DNA from: Geosiphon pyriformis uo1
Taxonomy: Eukaryota; Fungi; Glomeromycota
NCBI GenBank assembly: GCA_016748015.1
Contig: JAAOMT010000094.1
Coordinates: 398,457 to 462,456, forward strand
Reading direction: 5' to 3'
DNA: 64,000 nt
This document shows, in pieces, positions 27,830 to 39,776 of this stretch. The number at the start of each line of letters is the position of its first letter. The stretch's first letter is position 1. The position numbers and the translations under genes were made by a program. Under the pieces are notes generated by a model. It saw nothing but the letters and a program-made list of their open reading frames with translations. It was not told the origin of the DNA and did no database searches.

Positions 27830-28430
27830 ATTAAGTTCTATCAAAATTTTCATTTTGAATTAGTTCTAATACTTTTTTTTTAAGTATTGTTTGTTTGACT
27901 CTGTTTCTTATGTCTTCTACTTGTGTATTGTTCATTTTTTCTTATTGGTTAATAGTTATGGTTTTCATGTCAGAGTATAACAGTATTTCTAAATAGTTCC
28001 AAAATATGTTGTGCAGTTGGTAAATAGTTCTAACATGTAGTGTTGAATTCATTTTCTTTCCAATAAATTCTTTAATTTGTTGTATTATGTCTTGGTTAAA
28101 TATTCTCTTGGATTTGTCAATATACAACTTCTAAATATTCAACTTTTGACCTAACTAATAGTAGCAGTATGATATTGGAAGTTGTTTTGTCCATAGCTTC
28201 CAATTTTTTTTTGTAAGCTCTTTTGTTAATGTTATGATAAATATTTTCCCAAAAGTGTTTTTTACTTTTTCTATTAAGTTATCTGACCAGTTTTTATTAT
28301 TCTTTAATGACTGTTGATATAGTATATTTTTCATCTTTCTTTTGGTGTTTTGATAATTAATTGTTGTTGACTTAAGGCCTGAAATAATTGTTGAGCTATG
28401 GTGTGAATATGATCTGGTATTTTCATTTTT
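27830..28430 (-). pseudogene. ORF3 relic of B2
   Basis: YCYY*LGQKLNI*KLYIDKSKRIF...RTIYQLHNIF...EILLYSDMKTITINQ, homologous to B1 ORF3. Confidence 0.75.
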
Positions 28431-28482
28431 CTTTGTTGCTTTTGTTATGTGTATTGTGTCTTTATATATTCTTTTTTATTTT

Positions 28483-29866
28483 TTAATTTGATGTGTTTGG
28501 TGCAATAATTATGATTGGTTTCAGATTTCATGGAATCTCATTTGGTTGGACTAATATTTATTGTACTCCCAGTTGTGAAATGTTATTGGTAGATGATGAT
28601 ACTATCTGATAATATAATTTCAGTCAATCATCATGTGCTGCTTTGGCTAAGATTTTATTGTCTCATCTTAATTTATAAGCTCTATTTTCTAGAATTTTTT
28701 CTATGTGAAATGGTCTGTCCCATTTGGGGTTGAATTTTCTACTCCATTGTTTTTCCACTTTGGTACATTATAAGAGTACTTTGTCTCCAATCTTGAATTC
28801 AACTGGTTTATCTGGTAGTTGGTTATTGTGTCATTCTTTTTGCTTTTCTTGTGACTTTTGAATGTTATCAACTGCTTTTTGTCATCTGTTTTCTAGTGTT
28901 TCTATTAAGTCATATGTTCTTTTTAACAATGTTTCTTGAAAATTATCTTCTATTATTGGTTCAGTTGGATATGTATTGATCTCTATCTCAACTGGTAAAG
29001 TTGCTGTTCTATCATATACCAATTCAAATAGTGTTGCTTGTATAGTATCTTGCTTTATTGTTTAATAAACAAATAATACTAATAGTATAAACAAATCTCA
29101 TTCTTCTTGATTTTTTTGGCTGATTTTGGCAATTGCTTCACACAATGTTCTATTAAATCTTTCAACTAATTTATTTGTTTGTGGATGGTATGGTGATAAT
29201 AATGGTCTTTTGATTCCAAACCTTTGACTTAATTTTGCTAATGTTCTATTTACAAAGTAAGTTCCTTGATCTAATAGTAATTCTTTTGGATATTTGTGTC
29301 GACAAATTAGATCTTGGTAAACAAATTTGGCAATGGATTCTGTATCTGCTCTTTGAATTACTTTTGCTTCTGGCTATTTAGTAAGATAATCCATGACTAC
29401 TGCAATATATCTGCTGTTTCTGCTGGTAATTGTTAATGGTCTAACTAAGTCAATTCTAATTTGATCAAATAGTTGTTCCACTTTGATTGGTCTCAATGGT
29501 TTACTTGGTCTTGTTTCTCCTCTTCTCTGACAAGCATTACAATTTTGAACATATTAGATAATATCTAGATACATTGATGACCAATAGTATCTTTTTTTAA
29601 TTTTTTTCATGGTTGCTTCTTTATGAAAATATTCTGCTGTTAGATCTGAATGTATGTTGAACAATATTGTTTTTTTTTTCTGATTCTGTAATTACTTTGG
29701 TTGGTTGTTCTGGGTTTTTTCTATTCCTTCAATAAAGTATATTTTGATAAGTAATGAAATATTTTAATTGTTGTTTTATGTTGTTTTGTTTCTTTTAAGA
29801 TAATTTCTTCTTGAATTGTTGGGTATTTATGTAATATTGAAGTTGTTAGTATTTTTGTGTGTTCAT
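28483..29866 (-). pseudogene. Integrase relic of B2
   Basis: Colinear with 7105-8481; own ATG (MNTQKY). Confidence 0.92.
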
Positions 29867-29926
29867 TTTTTGTTGTATTTTTGGTTTTACATGTTCGAAT
29901 TTTGTTATATTTTTGGGCTAAAATGT

Positions 29927-30876
29927 TTAGATTTGTTTCATTTATGACAAACTGTTGTTATTTTTATTTTTTATTTTTTTTTTATAGTGTATTGTAAAGT
30001 TATATGGTGAAAGTGCTATTTTCTATTTGGCATGCTAATCATCTCTGAATTTTTGCTTCTGGATTGAAGTCAATTCTTTGTAATCAGTATATATTTTAAA
30101 TTTCTGGCTTAAGTATTCCTTCCATTTCATAATTGCCCAATAGATAACTAAGTGTTTTAGTGATAGTGTTCTATAGTTTTTTTGGCTGGTATTAAGCTTT
30201 AGCTTACATATGCTACTGGATGTTCTCTTTCATCTGGTTCTTTCTAAGATAGTACTGCTCTCAATGCTTAACCTAATGCATTGATAGTAATGATGAATAA
30301 TTTGTTGTAATTTGAATAGATCAATACTGGAGCTTGAATGAGCTTTCTTCTCAGTGTGTTAAAAGCTTTTTACTGGATTTTAGCCTATTCATATTTAATA
30401 TTCTTGGTTTGGAAATGGCAGAATGGCTGTGCTAGTTTAGAAAAGTTCTTAATAAAGCATTAGTAATAGTCTGTAAATCCCAAGAATGCTTGTAATTTAG
30501 TCAAGTTGAAAGTTTTTAATTATCTCAATTTTATCTGAATTTGTTTTGATGTTATCTTTGCTTATAACATGTTCCAAAAACTTCAATTCTGTTTTGTTAA
30601 AGAAACATTTGGTGGTATTTAGTTTTAATTTTGCTTTTTTTAGTTTTTTAAACACTTGCTAAAGATGATAAAGATAATTATCAAATGTTTTTGAAAATAT
30701 GTTGATATTATCTAAATACATGACTACTAATTTTCATAGTAGTTTTGTGTAAACAATTTTCATTAGCCATTGAAATGTGGCTGGTATATTGGTCAAGCTG
30801 AATGACATTACTTCAAATTTGAAATTCTTTTCTCTTGTGGTGAATATAGTCTTTTTTTTATTGGCTAGATTCATGA
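29927..30876 (-). pseudogene. RT (3' part) and RNaseH relic of B2
   Basis: Colinear with 8545-9506; YLDN motif; frame resumes at 40757. Confidence 0.9.
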
Positions 30877-31856
30877 TGTTATCAGACAAAATTAGAGATA
30901 TTGTTTAGCATGAAATTATTTTTATAATTCTTATCATTAGTTAGCATATATTATTGTCCCAAATTATTACTTATTATATTAGCAAAATATCCGAAATTAT
31001 CATTTAATTAATAACCCAATTTGTACATAACACAAATGTAACCTAATTGTGATGATCAATCATGCAATACACCAAACTATGTAACATTCAAAAAGTTCGC
31101 TGAAATTTGTAGAAATTTGTAGAAATAATTAATAGTTCACCGAAATATCTAATAGTTCGCAGAAATAACTTGTAGTTTGCTGAAATGCATCTCTAGTTTA
31201 GTGAAATTGTAGAAAATAGCAAAGTTCAAGTTCATAGAATAGTGTTACAACAAGTTGTATAAAAGAAGAGCTTCTCTCTTTGAGAAAATGTATCTTACTT
31301 CAGATTGAACAATTAGAATCATTTTTTATACACAAAAACAAAATAAATATCAAATAATTCAAAAAGCCAAATTCTTAATTATTTCCCTTAAAATTAACCA
31401 ATTCCTACTAACAGTTTGAAATTGACTAGCTACCAATTTCAGTAAACTGTTAAAGCACTTCCAGGTCTGGATCTGAAATGACTTCCATAAAACATTTTTA
31501 CTTTTCTTTTACATTTCTTTTATTTCCCTTATTTTCTTATTATAAATCATTTGAGTAGTCTACAGACAAAAATTTCTGTAAAAAAGTTGACTTTTACAGT
31601 AAAATAACTACACATTTTAGTGAGCTTCCAGATGAGCATTTCCTGGAAAAGAGTTGACATTTATTACAATGTAACTATACAAAGTAACTGGCACAGAATT
31701 GGTCATTCTATTTATAAGCCCAGCAGTTCAAATTATAGGAGATAATTTGAAGATAAATTCAGTTACTGGAGGTTCAACCACATACAGAAAACGTGAATTC
31801 ACAGCAAAACAGGCATCAACAACATTAAGAAAAGAGACCAAAAACTTCCAGTAACA
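30877..31856 (+). repeat. 5' LTR of C
   Basis: TGTTATCAG...CAGTAACA; colinear with 39777-40756. Confidence 0.97.
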
Positions 31857-31859
31857 TTT

Positions 31860-34800
31860 GGTGCTCTTTCACAAAAATAACACAGTGACAACAACTTCAA
31901 AAGTGGCGATTCAAATAGATTCAAGAACTCTAGAGTATTATCAGTCAATCTACACCCACTGCAAGCAGAGATTTAATATCCCAGATGGAATTGAAACATT
32001 CAAGAAAACACTTTACCAGTACATTAAAAATTGCATCAACAATTATCTTCTTAGAGACTACAACATTTCAGAAGTTAGACACAACTTATATGAAAGCTTA
32101 GTACATCACTCTTATCTAAACATGCAGGATTTTAACAGTCAAACACTTGAAACATACTTTCAAGAACTCAACTTCAATATTATTCAGTATTGTAAAGAGA
32201 ATTACCCAGTAGAACAGAAATTTTTTTTTAGTTTTGAATCGGAAACCAAAAAAAAAAAAGAAAAAGGAAACAAAAACTCAGAACTACTCCCAATACACCT
32301 AAAACTACTGCCAAACATTTACAAACTTCAGAACAAGAAACCAGCTTTAAATTACCACTCTTAATTACACCATTTCCAGCTTCACTTGCTCAACTACAAA
32401 CACCAAGCTTACTACTTATTCGGTTTTCAAAAATAGAAGATTTTCAGTCACCCAAAAGCCCTATTCAACAACCGAAACCAATATTAACCAACACAAACCT
32501 TATTGACTACTTAACAGAAAATCAAAGTGAAGAGACCAAATCAGAACAAGAAACAGAAGACTCAGAAAACGAAGAAGAAATGGCCTCCACATATATTGCA
32601 AAGATCTCTGAGTTCACAGGAGAAGACAGTGAAACCAGTCCTCAAGAATGGCTTGACAAAGTCTCAAAAGCAGAAGATGCAAACGGTTGGAATGCTGCCA
32701 GAATGTTAAAAGCAATCCCATATTTCTTATAAGGAATGGCTGGTAAATAGTTTGAAAACTTGGAAGCCCCATTAGAAGACTGAGAAGTATTCAAAACTGC
32801 TTTCCTAGAACAGTTCACTGACAATAACACTTCCATTACCCTTTGAAATTGGTTCCAAAATATCAAGCAAGAACCAAGTGAATCAGTTATAACCTATCTT
32901 GGGAGATTCAACAAACTGCTTAGAAGAATTTGCCAATTGGAAACAAATGAATACTACTCCAATGCACAAATTTTGGATCAATTTATTGCTGGACTAAAAG
33001 ACAAACTTATCAAAAAAGTTCACTCACATGCACCAAAAGATTTAGCCACTGCTATTCAACAGACGAAAAACTATAAAATGGCCATGAAAAAAGCCAACCG
33101 TACCAAACTTGTTAACTTGGCTATTGAAAAAACCAGCTCAACAGCTAAAGAAAAGATTGACCAATTAACCAAGAAAGTTGAAAACTATTTCACCAATCAA
33201 CAGCAACAACAGCAGCCACAGCAATCACAACAACCACAAAAATACCAACCCCTACAAAGACAAAATCAAAATAACTTTGCACCACTTTTTAATAACCAGT
33301 CTCAGAATTGCCATTACTGTAAAATCTCTGGCCACTGGAAAAAAGATTGCAGAAAGCTACAATAAAACCAACAAAATAGGAGTAATCAACATTACCCTCC
33401 ACCACAGTAATCTTATTATCAACTACCATCACCAGCTTACTATCTACCAAAACCCCAATACCAAAGTAACTATTATCAGCCCGCCCCACAGCCAATCCAA
33501 CAGCAATACCAACAACCACCCACACAATATTATCAAGTTCCTACTCGAAGATTGATTCTGCAAAATCAGTTCACACCACAAAACCAATACCAAGTAAACA
33601 ACTATAGAATTAATTCAAACAACCAATTGGTTTCCTGAAATTCAGCTTAACCAAGACCCAACCATTATCATACTCAACCTAGTTATCTTATGATGCCAGA
33701 AAAACAAGATTTTTGCCATACTGCACTTTCAGAAGGTAGAGCTGCAGCACAACAACAAAACCTTTCCTATATTCCTACCACAATTCCACCAGCCAGAATT
33801 GCTGAAAACACCAACCTTTCAGATATATTCCCTTTCGAATTTGAAGCAAATGAATCACCATTTTTGCTTAGCAATGCAGCAGCTAATGAGCAAAAACCCA
33901 TCACTGCAATATACACAGAAGCTGAAGTAGAAGGAAAGCCAATTCACTTGATCCTAGATAATGGATCTGCTAGAAGCATCATTATCTATCAATTAATGCA
34001 ACAGCTAAAGAGAAACATTAACTGACCAGCTCAGACAATCATTGTCACTGTTGATGGCATGAAAAAAACTCCAGTAAGAGAAATTGACAATTTCCCATTC
34101 ACAATTGATGAAATCACCATTTCAGTCAAAGTTCTGGTTATGGATGCTCCTCAATACCAAGCTCTTGTCGGAAATGATTGGCTCCAAAAAGCCAATACTA
34201 ATCTGAATTGGGAGACACAAGAGTTAACAATTTCCTACCAAGAACAACACACCTGGGTACCTGCCACTTGTGATATATTCAACAAATGCTCCAAAAATGC
34301 CCCGGCTTTTGAATTTGAACTAGAAGAAGAAAAATCTATCATTGAAACATTTATGGCACTTGGATCAATCTCCAATTGGGCTGATAAAACTGAACAACAG
34401 TATTTTTCAACAAACGATTCTCTTGAAACAAAAAAATCAGTGACACCCAGATAGAATGTCCCTTATTCAAAACCAGAACCACAAAAACAACACCCTTACA
34501 TTCCACTCAAATACAAAGATTGCCACAAAAAACTCTCATCAATGGGAGCTTGTATTTCACCTGAGGAAAAATACAAAAACCATACCTGTTACTATTGCAA
34601 ATCCTGCCACTGAAAACAATGGGGACACTTAGTCAAAAGAAGTAAAAAATGGGACAGAATGCCCTGTTTAACTTGTGGAGAACGATTACCTGATAAATGC
34701 GACTGGATTGATGTTACATTCAAAGAAGGAGTCTGTAATTAAACATGTCAATATGCTCTTTTAATCTCAGAAAAAGTAACAAGAGGAACCTCTTTCAATG

Positions 34801-37502
34801 CTGCTTACAACAGTGCCCTCAACAAACTGTACTATTACCCTCATGATGCTGAAATGATTTTCGATTTAGCAATGGCTTTAATCAATAGAGCCACTCAAAA
34901 AAATGTTCGTTAAATGAAAGAATCAGAATACATTGCATACATCTTTAAAATTGCTGGATACAACTATGAAGATTAAGTAGAAGTATATTACCAAATTGCC
35001 AGTCACACTTACCTGACCAAAGAAGCTCAAGCTTAATAGCTAAAGCAAATGAACATTAAATTGTGTGAAAAATACATAATACCTTGCAATGAGCAATGGT
35101 GCCCTGAATGCTATGCTCTTAGCATTTCCCTGCCTAGTGAAAACAATAAAAACAAAATTAAATTTGAAGAACCTGAAACAACAAAAGAAATTGAAGCAAC
35201 ACTCATCTATCTCATTGAAAATCAGCTTGCCTTACAACTCAAATACTTCAACAACAGACAAGGAATAAAACTCGAAAAAACACATGAAATTGATGCTGGA
35301 TATGACCTAAGATATTCAGACAAAGATACTCTTGTTCTCAAACCAAAATCTCTCACAAAAATCAACTTCAAAATTGCCCTCAAAATTCCACCAGGAGCAA
35401 TAGTTCAAATTGCCTCCCAGTTCTCTCTGGCAAGCAAAAGAATCAATATCAGAGGAGAAATAATCAATGCTGAATATACTGGTGACATAACAGTAATACT
35501 TCAAAATAAAACTGATAAACCTTTCAAAATTGAACATGCTGAAAAAATTGCTCAAGCTATCTATTTACTCTTAATCAACATTTCAGGTTTACAGTTAGTC
35601 AATTAAAAAAAACAATTGGGAAAAAGCAAAAGAGGAACACAAGGTTTTGGTTCAACTGGATGATTCACCATTTCAGTAAACATAGCTCTCAATAAACAGA
35701 AAAAATCTTACCAGCTTCTACAATTTCCACAACTAATTACTATTTTACTCTTTGGAGAACATCACAAAGTTTACACATGTAAAAACCCTACAACTGTTCA
35801 ACAAATCTTTGAATCCAATGAACAAATTTGCTTAGAACACAATATTTCAATCCCAAACATCTATGTTCTAAGAGGAGCAAAGAAAGTCCGAGTTACTTTT
35901 TACAATCCCAACCATCAACTTGTTATTTTATTGAACAAGTTAGAAATAGGAGTTATTTACAGCAACATCTTTCAGCAGGAACAACCCCAAACAGTTTTAA
36001 ATTTCTCAGAAATCATCGAACACTCTTTACCAAAAATCAGCCCCAGACCAAGCTTCGAAAACTACCATGTTGTTATGAAAAAACTATCTCAAATCAACAT
36101 GGAACAACTAGAACCACACCAGCAAAAACAGCTTAAAGAGCTAATAGCAGAATTTGCCAATATCTTTGCTAAAAACAACAATGATCTAGGAAGAACTGAT
36201 TTGGTACAACACCAAATTTATACTGGAAATGCCAAACCAAGACAACAACAAGCCTACTGAGTCGCTCTAAAAAGTCACCAATTTATCTGAGATAAAGTAC
36301 AACAGATGCTTAACAATGGACTTATTCAGCCATTAATGAGTCTATGGGCTTCACCTGTGGTTCTAATTAAAAAGAAAAATGGAAAGATATGATTTTGTGT
36401 TGATTATTGACAACTCAATAGCGTCACTATTAGAGATGCCTACTCTCTTCCCACAATTGATAACATGCTAGATGCTCTTGGGAAGTCCAAATACTTTTTG
36501 ACATTAAATTTAGAAAGTGAATACTGACAAGTTGCCATGGATCCCAAAGATTGCCCCAAAACAGCATTCACCACTCAAGGAGGAAATTACAAGTTCAACA
36601 TAATGCCTTTCGGATTATGCAATACACAAGCAACATTCCAAAGACTCATAGATGTTGTATATGCTGGACTTCTTTGGAAATCAGTAGTTGTCTACCTTAA
36701 CAACACTAATGTTTATTCACCCTCTTTTGAACTCTATCTAATTTACCTGCAAGAAGTTTTTCAACAATTATGTAAAGCAGGATTAAAATTAAACATCGAG
36801 AAATGCCATTTTGGGAAAACAAGTTTGGCTTTTCTTGGTTACATTGTTAGTGAAGAAGGAGTTAAACCAGATCCAGGAAAAATCAGTGCTGTTAAAAATT
36901 TCAAAACTTCTTGAAATACCACAGAACTAAGAAGATTCATTGGATTAGCATCTTATAATTGGAAGTTTATTAAAAGATTCTTGGAAATTGCAAAATCTCT
37001 CAACCAGTTCACCACCAAAAACGTTGAATACAAATGGACTACCAAACACCAAAAAGCTTTTGAAATTCTCAAGAAAAAGCTAACAACAGCTCCAATTCTC
37101 GCCTACTCAGACTTTAGTAGCCAATTCCGATTAGCAACAGATGCTTCATACACTGCCTTCAGTGCTATCTTGTCACAATTAGATGACAATAAAAATGAGC
37201 AAGTAATTGCTTATGCCAGCAGAACATTAAAACCAGCTGAAAAAAATTATCCTGCCACTGAATTAGAAACAGCAGCTGTAATTTGGGCCCTACATTATTT
37301 CAATCTTTATCTCCAGCCAAAGAAATTCGATATTATCACTGATAATATTGGACTCAAATGGCTTCAGAACAAAAACACTCAGCTGAATGCCAAACAAATC
37401 TGATGGACAGGATTTTTAGCCAACTACCAATACATTGTACACCACAAACCAGAAAAACTTCACACCAATGTTGATTGTCTCTCAAGAATGAGACAAAATT
37501 AG
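31860..37502 (+). pseudogene. gag-PR-Cys-rich-dUTPase-RT-RNaseH relic of C
   Basis: CHYCKISGHWKKDC, LILDNGS, DAGYDL...RGTQGFGSTG (about 35240-35660), KTAF...MPFGL, VYLNN (from YLDD), TDAS, ELE, TDN, DCLSR. Confidence 0.95.
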
Positions 37503-37550
37503 AACACAAAACAAACACCTATTTGAATTAACAGCAATAAAACAACAACA

Positions 37551-38936
37551 ATAAACTCCAAAAACTACAACAATCTTAAACAATATTTGAAGACATTAAC
37601 AATCTTAACAGATTGATCTTCAGATAAAAACCATCAATTACAACAACAAGCCAGACAATATTTCCTACACAACAACATTATTTATTATCAAAATTTCAAA
37701 AACCCAGACAAACCATTCAGATTAATACAAGAACACAAAAAAGAGATTATATTATACAACATGCACTCAGATCCTTCATCAACACATTTCGGAAAAGACA
37801 GCACCACTCAAAGAACACTAGAATACTATTTTTGGCCCTGAATAAGAAGAGACATATATCAATATGTTGAATCTTGTGATAGTTGTCAAAGAAAAGGAGG
37901 AACACATTCTACTGAACCTTTAAATCCAATCAAAGTTGGACAACTTTTTGACCAAGTTAGTATCAATTTAGTTAGACTACTACTTATCACCATGCATAGA
38001 AACTGATACATAGCAGTAGTAATAGATTATCTTACCAAATGGCTCAAAGCCAGAGCTATTCAATGAGCAAATACAAAATCAGTAGCAAATTTTATCTATG
38101 AAGACATTATTTGTAAACATGGATGCCCAATTAAACTTTTATTCGATCAGGGAACACATTTTGTGAATAACCTGACACAAGAAATTTGTAAACAATTTAA
38201 TATCAAAAGACCTTTATCTTTGCCCTACCATTCACAGACAAATAAATTAGTGGAACGTTTCAACAGAACATTGTGTGAATCACTAGCCAAAGTCTCAACA
38301 AATTTTGAGCAGAAATGGGATATCTTTATTCCATCAGTGTTACTAGTATATAGAACACTAAAACAAAATACAATGAAACACATATCATTTGACCTTACTT
38401 ATGAAAAAACAGCAAAACTACCAATTGAATTCACAGTGGAAACATATCCAGTACAACCAATCACAGAAAAAAACTTACAAAAAACACTTCAGTGAAGAGC
38501 TTATACTCTTTTCAGTACTTTAGAAAGAAAAAAACATATAGCAGCCACCCACATTGAAAATTCACAAGCCTAACAAAAAGAGGGACATGACAACAAACTG
38601 CCACCAGTTATCAATGAATTTAAAATTGGAAACAAAGTTCTCTTACACAGAATTAAAGCTAAAAAACAATAAAGTGAAAAATTTGAAAATAAATGGGATG
38701 GATCATTCTTTATCTATGAAGTTCTAGGCAACGAATCATACAAGCTAAGACTTGATGACAAAATCCTAGCAAAAGTTACACATAGAGATCATTTGAAACA
38801 CTATAATTCCAGAAACAATCCTGAACCATTAATTCCACAAGTTGGTACACATTCTCCATTAATCAATCCCGAAGATATTCCCTGAAATTTAGAACCAATA
38901 GTTGTTATTAAACAACCTCCTAACTCAAACACTTAA
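37551..38936 (+). pseudogene. Integrase relic of C
   Basis: HSDPSSTHFG...YFWP...CDSCQ, DQGTHF, LVERFNRTL, KWDGSF; start codon apparently mutated ATG>ATA. Confidence 0.93.
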
Positions 38937-39088
38937 TTTAAATTTACTATAGTTATTTCCTTATAAATTAAAAATTGATTTTACAAAAACAAAACAAAAA
39001 CAAAACACATTGAAAGACAAAAATAACATAAACTCATATACCAAAAATAATTTCTATCTATTTTTTTTCTCTCACTCAAGTTTTTATA

Positions 39089-39760
39089 ATGACTATCTCT
39101 CGAAATATTCAACAAATATCTCAAAAATTAATGCTAGCTTTAAAAACAATACCTGAATTATTTATTACTATTACAGAAAAACATATTAATTATACCCAAA
39201 CAGAAATAGTTGCCAATTTAGCCCCAAATTCACGAAATTATTACCCCTACAAAAAGAACACAAGAAGTTATTCTGGAATTCATCTACCAGAACTTTTGAA
39301 GCTTGCTTTAAGAGAAAATTTAATGTTCACTCCTATTAGTATTTTACCAAATGCTACTATTCAACAAAAACTTCAACTGTGTCTTAATGAAAAAAACCAT
39401 GACTATACTCCAATATATAGATATTTTTACATTGGAAAAACACTTCACAAATGAAAATGGGAGCTTACAGCAGCAAACCTCACAAAAAAAGCTATTCAGA
39501 AACAACTCCACAATAAATTCAAGACAACAGCTGGATCTATAAACAGTCGCTATAAACTAAGAGCTGCTCTTAGACTTTATAACCTATTTCACATCTGTAA
39601 AAACGTTCTACAAAACCCAATTTTACAACCCTTGAAGATTCAATATATTGGAAAACTCACAGAACTGAAATTTCAACAATTTTCAGACTAAATTTTTTCA
39701 GTAATTTTGGATTACTATCTGAAATGTGCAGACAGTACTTGGACTTCGATGGAGCTTAGT
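39089..39760 (+). pseudogene. ORF3 of C (about 220 codons, unknown function)
   Basis: ATG at 39089. The frame continues past a TGA at 39452 to RAALRLYNLF...IGKLTELKF and ends near the PPT. Confidence 0.8.
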
Positions 39761-39776
39761 CTTAAGGAGGAGATTA

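Noticed and set aside
35240-35660. dUTPase as a bacterial, endosymbiont or phage gene, or as a counter to the C>T hypermutation
   Set aside because: It is in frame within Pol in four copies. dUTPase cleans the nucleotide pool and would not prevent deamination of genomic cytosine or 5mC.
38780-38936. Chromodomain at the integrase C-terminus
   Set aside because: After the GPF-like motif there is only a short Pro-rich tail ending LEPIVVI; no YLVKW or TWEP motifs.
39089-39760. ORF3 as an envelope gene (endogenous retrovirus)
   Set aside because: Short and hydrophilic, with no visible signal peptide, furin site, fusion peptide or transmembrane anchor.
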